A stretch of 39,316 bases of DNA from Methylococcaceae bacterium (GTDB taxonomy: Bacteria > Pseudomonadota > Gammaproteobacteria > Methylococcales > UBA1147). Each line of letters opens with the position of its first letter. The stretch's first letter is position 1. The position numbers were made by a program, and so were the translations under genes. Below, in pieces: positions 9,399-16,794 of this stretch. The stretch is taken from the NCBI GenBank assembly GCA_022616595.1, contig JAKEEL010000196.1, positions 1-39,316 on the forward strand, written 5' to 3'. The notes below the pieces were generated by a model that saw nothing but the letters and a program-made list of their open reading frames with translations, did no database searches and was not told the origin of the DNA.

Positions 9399-9552
9399 GT
9401 CTGTGTCGTGACATCGGATGTCGATCTTTTCTTAGGAAATATTGGCTTTTGCTGTAAAATTGGATCCGGGAGGCCTGTCAGCGCCCGGCCCATTTTCCAG
9501 TTTACTGCATACAAAAACAAATCAAGCGGGAAGACCGCAATCCGAGGGGGTC

Positions 9553-10224
9553 ATGGCTACTAAAATCGCCTATTTTGTTGATATCGTGCTGGTCATCGAC
9601 TGTACCGGCAGCATGCGGCCGGTCATCAACCGGGTCAAGTCCCGGGCGCTCGAGTTCCACGCAAAAATTCTGGCGCGCATGGAAGGGAAGAAGAAATCGA
9701 TCGATCGCTTGCGGATGCGCGTGGTTTCCTACCGGGATTTTTGGGCGGATAAAGATGCGATCCGGGAAATGCCCGAATTTGTCGATATGGAAACCGAAGC
9801 CCACAAGTTCGAGGCCTTCGTCAATGAATTGTGGGCGGACGGCGGCGGAGACGAGCCGGAAAGCGGGCTCGAAGCCCTGGCGCTCGCGATCCAGTCACCG
9901 TGGTACAAGAATTCCCGCTCCAAGAAACGCAGCATCATCGTGGTCTGGACCGACGCGACCGCCCATCCGCTGGAAAAGGCGCAGGAGTCGCCGCCGCAGC
10001 ACTATCCGGAACACATGCCGGCCAGTCTCGATGAACTGACCGATGCCTGGGATGAATTGCCGGTCGCGAGCCGCCGTCTGCTGTTGTATGCGCCGGACCA
10101 GCCTCCATGGAACGAGATCGGCCATAACTGGGACCAGACGATTTACTTCCCGTCGATTGCCGGCGAAGGGCTCGCGGAACACGATATGGACACGATTCTC
10201 GAAGCGATCGCCAACAGCATCTAG
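9553..10224 (+). CDS. Small cytosolic von Willebrand factor A (vWA) domain protein (TerY-like role)
   Basis: Contains the MIDAS motif VLVIDCTGSM (DxTxS), then ADGGGDEPESGLEAL and VVWTDATAH. The ATG at 9553 is preceded by GAGGGGG. The upstream extension of the track ORF (from 9442) has no domain content. There is no signal peptide or TM segment. Confidence 0.85.
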   Translation: MATKIAYFVDIVLVIDCTGSMRPVINRVKSRALEFHAKILARMEGKKKSIDRLRMRVVSYRDFWADKDAIREMPEFVDMETEAHKFEAFVNELWADGGGDEPESGLEALALAIQSPWYKNSRSKKRSIIVVWTDATAHPLEKAQESPPQHYPEHMPASLDELTDAWDELPVASRRLLLYAPDQPPWNEIGHNWDQTIYFPSIAGEGLAEHDMDTILEAIANSI

Positions 10225-10289
10225 CCAGGGTCCCCTTGAATCGCTTGCGCCCCGGCGTAATCGTATCGAAGTGCCGGCTTCCCGCTGCG

Positions 10290-11510
10290 ATGGCCGGCTC
10301 TGAAGATCCCATGCCGCTCACGGAACCAGGCGCATACTTCCGCTGTGCGGCCGCGCAGGATGCCGATGGAAAACAGGATCAAGGCCGCTGCGAGGACGCG
10401 CTTCCGATTCTGACCGAGCTATCCGGAGGGCGCGTTTTGCTGGGAGTCGCGGACGGCTTGGGAGGCTATGCGCGCGGTTTTGACGGTCGAAGCGGCGGAC
10501 AGATCGCATCGGCAACCGCGATGAAGGCTGCGGCGGACGTCTTCCGCCGCGCGGCTCCCGCAGAGCATCCGGATGCTGAAGCGCTGACCAATTCCATATT
10601 CAAACGGCTCAGGCACCTCGCCGAAACCCGCTTGGAGCCGAGCGGGATCCGCGGGACGCTGGGTCGTCATAAACTCGCAACGACGTTGGCGCTCGTGGTC
10701 CTGGACGCCAGACCTCTTCGATCGACCACAAGAATCCAGTGTTATTGGATCGGCGATTCCCGGATTTATTTTTTGGGCCGGGAGGGCCTGCACCAATTGA
10801 CCCGGGACGATAATCTGGCCGGGGCCGATGCATTCGATTCGATTTTCGATCCGCCGCCGATGTCCCGGTTTCTTGCCGCGAGCATGGAACGCGAATGGCG
10901 GATCCATGTACGCGAACTGAACCTGGATTGCCCCGGTGTCGTGATCGCGTGCACCGACGGCTGTTATTCCGAGTGGCGCAGTCCCTGGGGCTTCGAAGCG
11001 GCGCTGCAGCAGGCGCTGGAGCAGAGTGGATCCTGGAAGGAGTGGATCGAGCGGTTTCGCTTCGCGTTGCAACCGCTGCTTTCGGATGATGCCTCTCTGG
11101 TCGCCTTTCCGCTGAAGCTTTTGGACTTCAAGGAGTTCCAAAAACTGCGGGCGGAGACCAGAGGCGCGCTCCAAGAGTGTCTGAAAGCGGAACGCGAACG
11201 GGGATTGCAGGCCAAGGAAATCTGGACTTCGATTTATAAGACGACGTACGAAAGCATCCCCGTCGGAGGCAAAGACCTGCTTTCGGACAGCGTCCTGGCG
11301 AAGCCGGAGAATCCGGCGGCTAGGACGATCGTGTTCTCGGGTCCTGTGCAATCTCGATCACGGATGCTTTCCCGGCTTGATTCACGCTGGTCGATCCCGG
11401 GACTGGCCTGGCTCGCCGGTTTTGCCTGCGGGCTTCCGTTCGGGGAAAAGTTCATGGTTTGGCTGGAATTTTTTTGGCGCTGGTTCAAATCCCTATGGCA
11501 ATCCACCTGA
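10290..11510 (+). CDS. PP2C-family Ser/Thr protein phosphatase with a hydrophobic Trp-rich C-terminal tail
   Basis: Contains PP2C motifs LLGVADGLGGY, WIGDSRIYFL, LTRDDN, VIACTDGCY and LLSDDASLVAF. The C-terminus reads ...IPGLAWLAGFACGLPFGEKFMVWLEFFWRWFKSLWQST. The start is uncertain: TTG 10236, ATG 10290 and ATG 10311 are all in frame. Confidence 0.85.
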   Translation: MAGSEDPMPLTEPGAYFRCAAAQDADGKQDQGRCEDALPILTELSGGRVLLGVADGLGGYARGFDGRSGGQIASATAMKAAADVFRRAAPAEHPDAEALTNSIFKRLRHLAETRLEPSGIRGTLGRHKLATTLALVVLDARPLRSTTRIQCYWIGDSRIYFLGREGLHQLTRDDNLAGADAFDSIFDPPPMSRFLAASMEREWRIHVRELNLDCPGVVIACTDGCYSEWRSPWGFEAALQQALEQSGSWKEWIERFRFALQPLLSDDASLVAFPLKLLDFKEFQKLRAETRGALQECLKAERERGLQAKEIWTSIYKTTYESIPVGGKDLLSDSVLAKPENPAARTIVFSGPVQSRSRMLSRLDSRWSIPGLAWLAGFACGLPFGEKFMVWLEFFWRWFKSLWQST

Positions 11511-12616
11511 CCGCGGGCAGCCGGCTCAAGGGTTATACGCTCACGACGGACATGACTTCGTCCGACGCCGGGATGTCGATGTGGGCCTTTGCCGAGAAGG
11601 ACGGCTTCGATTATTTTGTGAAGTGCTATCTGAGCCCGGTTTTTCCGGATCCGGAGGGACCCGGATCGGAAATCTCCAAGGCCCGTAAACGTGCGCGCTG
11701 CCAGACATTCGAGACACGCATGCTGCGCGTCGAATCGACCCTGAAAGAATGCGGCAATGCAAATTTCCTGGTACGTGGTATCGATTTTTTCCGCCAGGAC
11801 GGGACTTATTTCAAGATCACGAAAAAGGTCTACGCGAATCAGAGCAGCGTGTCCGCATTGCCCGCGCGCAAGCAGATGCTGGTTTTATTGTCCGCCGCCT
11901 ATTCGCTCAAAGTCTTGCATGAAACCTCGAGTTTCATTCATGCGGATATCAAACCGGAAAATTTCTTGCTGCAGCGCGCCGGGGCTGGAATGATCGCGCA
12001 CCTGATCGATTTCGACGCGGGATTTTATATGGGACATCCGCCCCTTCCCGATGAACTGGTCGGAGACCAGCGCTATTGGGCGCCGGAAATGGTCGCCTGG
12101 TTGACTCACGATCACCGGGCGCGGCGAAATCGATGTCCCGCGCTACTGCAATCGCTGGACGTGTTTTCGCTCGGGCTTACCTTCTGCGAATATCTGAGCG
12201 GCGCCTTGCCGATTTCTCCTTCCGGTCATGCCTATCCCGGCGAAGCGGTTCTGGACAATGTCAGACCGACCTTGCCGCAACCCCTTCAAACCAGCCTGGC
12301 GCCGCTGATGACGCTGATTCAAGCCATGCTGCACAAAAATCCGCTGAGCCGTCCGAGCGCGGCCTGCGTGCATCAGCAACTTCGTATCTTCAACCGCGTG
12401 CATTTCGTATCGGATACGACCTACCACAAGATCACGGCTTCGTGGAAACGGTTTCTTGTTTCCGGCGGCGAATCCCTGCGCGGCCTGGTCAAGGCGCGCG
12501 CCGCCCATCCGGCGGTCAAAACCACAAGCGAATTGCGCGTTCGCGGATTAAAAGCCGTTCAACGAGCCGGAGCCCCGTCATTCCCCGGTCGCCTGCGGTT
12601 CTGGAGCAAGGCATGA
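11495..12616 (+). CDS. Atypical Hanks-type Ser/Thr protein kinase
   Basis: Contains a beta3 Lys (YFVKCY), a catalytic loop IHADIKPENFLL (HRD->HAD), a Mg loop LIDFDAGF (DFG->DFD), YWAPEM (APE) and SLDVFSLGLTFCEYLSG. I see no GxGxxG loop. The ATG at 11495 overlaps the phosphatase stop (11508-11510) by 16 nt. TTG 11459 is an alternative start. Confidence 0.85.
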   Translation: MAIHLTAGSRLKGYTLTTDMTSSDAGMSMWAFAEKDGFDYFVKCYLSPVFPDPEGPGSEISKARKRARCQTFETRMLRVESTLKECGNANFLVRGIDFFRQDGTYFKITKKVYANQSSVSALPARKQMLVLLSAAYSLKVLHETSSFIHADIKPENFLLQRAGAGMIAHLIDFDAGFYMGHPPLPDELVGDQRYWAPEMVAWLTHDHRARRNRCPALLQSLDVFSLGLTFCEYLSGALPISPSGHAYPGEAVLDNVRPTLPQPLQTSLAPLMTLIQAMLHKNPLSRPSAACVHQQLRIFNRVHFVSDTTYHKITASWKRFLVSGGESLRGLVKARAAHPAVKTTSELRVRGLKAVQRAGAPSFPGRLRFWSKA

Positions 12617-12996
12617 AGTTTTACGTTTGCGCCTGCGCCGCTTGTACCTGGAAAGGCAATAAACCGCATCGCGACGGACAATGTCCGGTCTGCGGGAATG
12701 CGCTGGACATCCAAATCCGGGAACGCCGCCTTTCCTCGGATCTAACCAGCAAGGTGATCCTGTCGGGCCTGTCGAGCGATCAAAAAATCCAGCCGCCCTT
12801 GCCGGATCTTTCGATTTTGAAGGATTACAAAATATCCGGGCAGGAATTGCAAGGCTTGCTCACGGCCGGCGAATCGATCCGCGCAAGGCTTGTCGAATCG
12901 ATTTCAAAAATGCATTCTTCGAGTCAAGTCCTGAAGCCCGGCGCCGCATTCGCGAGTGTGCTGAAGCGCCGCTCGCTCTCTTCGATCGAGCCATGA
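12613..12996 (+). CDS. Small Zn-ribbon protein (CxxC...CxxC), fourth gene of the cassette
   Basis: The product starts MKFYVCACAACTWKGNKPHRDGQCPVCGNALDIQ... Its ATG at 12613 overlaps the kinase TGA (an ATGA junction). It lies in frame inside track ORF 12076..12996. The last ~70 nt overlap an antisense gene remnant, so the true C-terminus is uncertain. Confidence 0.6.
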   Translation: MKFYVCACAACTWKGNKPHRDGQCPVCGNALDIQIRERRLSSDLTSKVILSGLSSDQKIQPPLPDLSILKDYKISGQELQGLLTAGESIRARLVESISKMHSSSQVLKPGAAFASVLKRRSLSSIEP

Positions 12997-13235
12997 GCGC
13001 AGCTCAATTCGCGGGTACGCTGTTCCACCAAGCGCTCGATGCGGGCCGTGCGGCCGCTTACCGAAAGCAGAAAGGCTCCGAGCCAGGCTTGCAGGCTCGC
13101 GCCGGCGGCCGGCGAGGAATCTCCGTAGCACGGTGCCGCGGCATGAGAGCGATCAGCAAGAAAGCACGCGAACAGGAAAATCGAATGACTTATTTCATCG
13201 ATCTGAAATGTAGTATGGCATGGTTGAGTTGTCAA
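12924..13235 (-). pseudogene. Truncated N-terminal fragment of a membrane sensor (TM / coiled-coil linker / first residues of a PAS domain)
   Basis: The track ORF ends ...LQAWLGAFLLSVSGRTARIERLVEQRTRELSCAHGSIEESERRFSTLANAAPGFRT*. The motif RTxEL...SEERF..L...AP is the usual linker into the first PAS domain of sensor kinases and GGDEF proteins. The reading frame stops exactly where the PAS domain should begin. Confidence 0.4.
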
Positions 13236-13582
13236 TCAAGACCGATCGAGTCCCGCCAACCGCTTCATCGGGCAGCGGTTTCTAAAAGGGAGACATTTCC
13301 CGCAGGTGTCTCCATCGCCGAGATTCTTTATTCCCGTTATTGACACCTCGTCGGTCTTTGCGTACATTTCCGCCCAACTAAAAAGGCGCATGCATTTTCT
13401 GGTTCATCGGGTTAAGCGCCTGTGCATGTCGTTCCTTCCGAGCGCGTTGGCTCCGCAACACCGCGCTGCATGTTTTTTCGCATGACTTGGGAAGGCACGA
13501 TCCTCACGTCCCCGAAGCGAACCGGAATCCCGCCCGGTTGATCCGAACACGCTGCATTGATTTTCTTTTTGCAAGGTAAAGC

Positions 13583-14176
13583 TTGGAAGAACTACTGATT
13601 GAATGGCTCAAGGAATACGGATACATCATCCTGTTCCTGTGGAGCATACTGGAAGGCGAAACCGGCCTGATCATGGGAGGTGTCCTGTGCCATACGGGAG
13701 ACATGTCATACCCTGTGGCGGTTCTGGTCGCGGGATTGGGCGGCTTTGCGGGCGATCAGATCTATTTTTACATCGGACGTTTCAACAAGGGGTTCATACA
13801 AACCAAGCTCCATACCCAACGGCGAAAGTTTGCGATCGCCCACCTGTTGCTGAAAAAATACGGCTGGCCGATTATTTTCGTCCAGCGTTACATGTACGGG
13901 CTGCGCACCGTTATTCCGATTTCGATCGGCATCACCAAGTATTCGGGTGAAAAATTTGCCGTGATCAACCTGATCAGTGCGCTGGTCTGGGCGGCCGTGA
14001 CCATCACCCCGGCTTATATCTTCGGCCAAGAGATCCTTGTTGTACTGGCCTATGCCAAAAAGCACTGGTATTTTGCGTTACCGCTGGCCGGAACATTCCT
14101 CTACGTGGTTTTCACCTATTTCCATCGCTTGGAAAACCAATTGTTGGAACGCAGGAACCAGCGTCGAATCACTTGA
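13583..14176 (+). CDS. DedA-family (SNARE-associated/VTT) inner membrane protein
   Basis: The 197 aa product has LIEWLKEYGYIILFLWSILEGETGLIMGG..., GRF.., ...KYGWPIIFVQRYMYGLRTVIPISIG and multiple TM segments. It starts at a TTG, and the exact start is uncertain. Confidence 0.85.
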   Translation: MEELLIEWLKEYGYIILFLWSILEGETGLIMGGVLCHTGDMSYPVAVLVAGLGGFAGDQIYFYIGRFNKGFIQTKLHTQRRKFAIAHLLLKKYGWPIIFVQRYMYGLRTVIPISIGITKYSGEKFAVINLISALVWAAVTITPAYIFGQEILVVLAYAKKHWYFALPLAGTFLYVVFTYFHRLENQLLERRNQRRIT

Positions 14177-14348
14177 GACTCGCGCGGGAAGATCGCCTGA
14201 AGCGGGGATGTCCGTACTTACCTTGCAGAAGATTCAAGAGCAACGAAGTTACATTGAAGGTAACTATGCAGCGAGATTCCATTGAGCAGCTGTGCGGTGC
14301 GCATAGCGCACCCGGATGCTCAATGATCAAGCCCGCAGATAAGGCTTT

Positions 14349-15716
14349 TCACATGGCCTCGTTCGTTTCGGCTCCGGATTCACGGCCGGAACTCCCATGC
14401 AGGATATTGTTCAGCGTCTGGATATCGGTTTCCGAGAGATTGCTCGCGGATTCTTTCAGCGATACCCAGTTCAGGATGTATTTATTACGGGCTTCCGACA
14501 GAGTATTCTGCGCCTGGAACAGATTGCGTTGTTCGTTCACGACGTCGACCATGGTCCGGGTACCGACCTCGAAACCGGCAGTGGTCGCCTCCAGGGCGCT
14601 CATCGAGGATTTAACCGTGGCTTTCAGCGCCTCAACCTGGCTGATGGTCGAAATGACCCCGCGGTAGGCGTCCTTGACCTGACGGGCCACCTGACGCCGG
14701 ACTACCAGCAGGTTATCTTTCGCGGCATTGAAATTATGCAAGGCCTGGCGCGTTCTGGAATTCACCGCGCCGCCTTCATAGATCGGCAAGGTCACCCGAA
14801 CTCCGACGGTGCCGATATCGCCGCGCAGGCCAAAGGTCGAATTGTCATCCTGAAGCCGGTAATTTCCGATCACATCCACGGTTGGAAAGTGCCCGCTGCG
14901 CTGCAGCTCGATGGTTTTCCGCGCCAGCTCGGCTTGATTCTGGGCCGCGATAATGTTGAGATTCTGGCTGTCCGCGGAGAAGGCCCATTGGTTGATATCG
15001 AGCGGCTCCGGTTTCATCAACGGTATGTTTTCCGGCAAGGGGACGAGTCTCCCCTCGTATTCACCGATTATTTCGCGCAGCGCTTCGATCGAATTGTTCA
15101 GATTGTTTTCCGCAAAGATTTCACGCGACCTGGCGCCGTCGAATCCGGCCTGGGCCTCCAGTACATCGGTAATCGCGATCAGGCCGACATTGAAGCGCTG
15201 CTGAGCCTGTTCGAGCTGGCGCGCGAGGGACTCCTTTTCGGCGTTCGCGAATCTCAGCGTATCCTTCGCCAACAATATATTGAGATAAGCCTGGATCGTG
15301 CGTACCATCAAGTCCTGGACCGCGTCCTGGTATTCCGCCTCGGCCCGGGCGATCTGGTTTTCGGACTGGCTGAGCTGGACCCAATAATCCCAATGGAATA
15401 GCGGTTGGCTCAGATTCACGTCGAAAGTATGGTCCCAATATCGCTGCAACCCGAATCCCTGAAAGCCCTGTTTTAGATTGTTCAGATAGTTCCAATTGGT
15501 GCCGCCGCTTGCTCTTAGCAAAGGCAGTAATTTAGCGATCGCCTGCGGCTTGGATTCGAGCGCGGCCTGACGGACGTCCCTCGCCTGTTGAAATTTCGGA
15601 TCGTTTTCCAGAGCCAGCTTGAATACATGCACCAGGTCGTGGGCGGGTTCATCCGGCTGTGCCCTGGCAATCGCGAACGTGAACAATCCGATGAGCACAA
15701 AAAAAGTCTTTTTCAT
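14349..15716 (-). CDS. tolC: TolC-family outer membrane channel protein
   Basis: The product has a signal peptide MKKTFFVLIGLFTFAIARA and two repeats of the OEP fold (LALENDPKFQQA..., ...YEGG...). I moved the start to the ATG at 15716 (MKKTFF). The 24 codons upstream in the track ORF have no signal-peptide logic. Confidence 0.9.
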   Translation of the reverse strand: MKKTFFVLIGLFTFAIARAQPDEPAHDLVHVFKLALENDPKFQQARDVRQAALESKPQAIAKLLPLLRASGGTNWNYLNNLKQGFQGFGLQRYWDHTFDVNLSQPLFHWDYWVQLSQSENQIARAEAEYQDAVQDLMVRTIQAYLNILLAKDTLRFANAEKESLARQLEQAQQRFNVGLIAITDVLEAQAGFDGARSREIFAENNLNNSIEALREIIGEYEGRLVPLPENIPLMKPEPLDINQWAFSADSQNLNIIAAQNQAELARKTIELQRSGHFPTVDVIGNYRLQDDNSTFGLRGDIGTVGVRVTLPIYEGGAVNSRTRQALHNFNAAKDNLLVVRRQVARQVKDAYRGVISTISQVEALKATVKSSMSALEATTAGFEVGTRTMVDVVNEQRNLFQAQNTLSEARNKYILNWVSLKESASNLSETDIQTLNNILHGSSGRESGAETNEAM

Positions 15717-16165
15717 AAAATTGCTGCCAAGATGACGGAAAATTGGACTGCGGATCGCACGAATCGGGAGTTGAATGCAATCATTCAATCGATCGACGAG
15801 TATAGGAGGATTGTCATCAGAATTCCGAACTTTGAATTCAATATCTGAAACATTGCCGCAACGGCTTGAATACGGTATAAAATCGAAACAGCTCGATACA
15901 AACTAAACACTTAAGGCATCATGACCGCTGATTTTCAGCGCGAGCTTAAATCCCGGGAAAATTATAACTGGAATCCAAGTGACAGCGAATCCGCATAGAA
16001 TAACCGGAAACCGGCGAGGTGAATCGAAAGTCGAGAGTCGATCAATGCGCCGCTCGGGCAATCCGATACCGGTCAAACGAAGGGGCGGGTATTTGCTAGA
16101 CTTATCGATATTCGATCTTCGACTCGCTTCGATTCACCCCGGAAATTACAGGATTGTAAAACACG

Positions 16166-16714
16166 ATGAATGTACCACCCTTAAGCCGCCGCTCTTTTCT
16201 TTGCAACCTTGCCGGTATTTCCGCCGCGGGATTGCTGGCCGCACCAATCAATGCGATTGCCGGATTTTCCGCCGAACGAAGGCTCAATTTTCTCCATACG
16301 CATACCAAAGAAAAGCTCGATATCGTTTATTTTTCGGGCGGCAATTACCTTCCGGACGCCATGTCGGAGATCCGGAATTTCCTGCGCGATCATCGTACCG
16401 ACGAGACCCACCCGATCGATCCGGCATTGTTCGATATATTACATACCATCCGTCGCTATTGTCCCGGTCAAGGTTGTTTTCAGGTTATCTCGGGTTATCG
16501 CTCGCCCGCGACCAACCACTTGTTGCGAAGAAAAACGAGAGGAGTTGCCCGAAAAAGTCTGCACATGCAGGGAAAGGCGATTGACGTTCGATTGCCGGAC
16601 ATCAGCACAAGAATGCTTCGGAATCTTGCGGTTGCCCTGCAGCAGGGCGGCGTGGGTTACTATCGAAAATCGGATTTCGTGCACATCGATACCGGAAGAG
16701 TCAGAACCTGGTAG
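16166..16714 (+). CDS. mepK: YcbK/MepK-like DUF882 peptidase M15 family protein (Tat-exported murein endopeptidase)
   Basis: Contains the Tat signal SRRSFLCNLAGISAAGLLA and then ...ISGYRSPATN...SLHMQGKAIDVRL...GGVGYY..SDFVHIDTGRVRTW, typical of YcbK. Confidence 0.85.
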   Translation: MNVPPLSRRSFLCNLAGISAAGLLAAPINAIAGFSAERRLNFLHTHTKEKLDIVYFSGGNYLPDAMSEIRNFLRDHRTDETHPIDPALFDILHTIRRYCPGQGCFQVISGYRSPATNHLLRRKTRGVARKSLHMQGKAIDVRLPDISTRMLRNLAVALQQGGVGYYRKSDFVHIDTGRVRTW

Positions 16715-16794
16715 GGAAAGGAGCCGTCATTCGTAATGAAGTTGTCCGCGTGAGTCAGTGGCCAGGCCACGGCCGATCTTCCGATCGCGGCAGG

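Noticed and set aside
9442-9552. N-terminal extensions of track ORFs: vWA from 9442, SYLF from 24417, SBP from 25343, TolC from 15788, the GGDEF-EAL protein from 19389, DUF58 from 33337, and the mxa-like genes from 34293, 35288, 36229 and 36795.
   Set aside because: The extensions precede obvious signal peptides or domain starts, overlap upstream genes or lack RBS logic. The internal starts give canonical N-termini and, in the mxa-like operon, classic ATGA/TGATG coupling.
13200-13270. A possible tRNA gene suggested by the TCGAGTCCCGCCAACCGC motif.
   Set aside because: There is no complementary 5' acceptor strand (GCGGTTG), D-arm or anticodon arm in the preceding 80 nt. At best it is a 3'-end relic, and it is reported as a low-interest finding rather than a gene.
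12681-13343. The 220-aa '+' ORF spanning the cassette/dedA junction.
   Set aside because: It is out of frame with the better-supported Zn-ribbon ORF. Its translation is Arg/Ala-rich with no motifs, and it runs through the antisense sensor remnant and non-coding DNA.
14296-14312. The hairpin GGTGCGC-ata-GCGCACC between the convergent dedA and tolC genes, as a possible bidirectional terminator.
   Set aside because: It is a 7-bp stem with a 3-nt loop and has no U-tract on either strand. That is insufficient to call a terminator.
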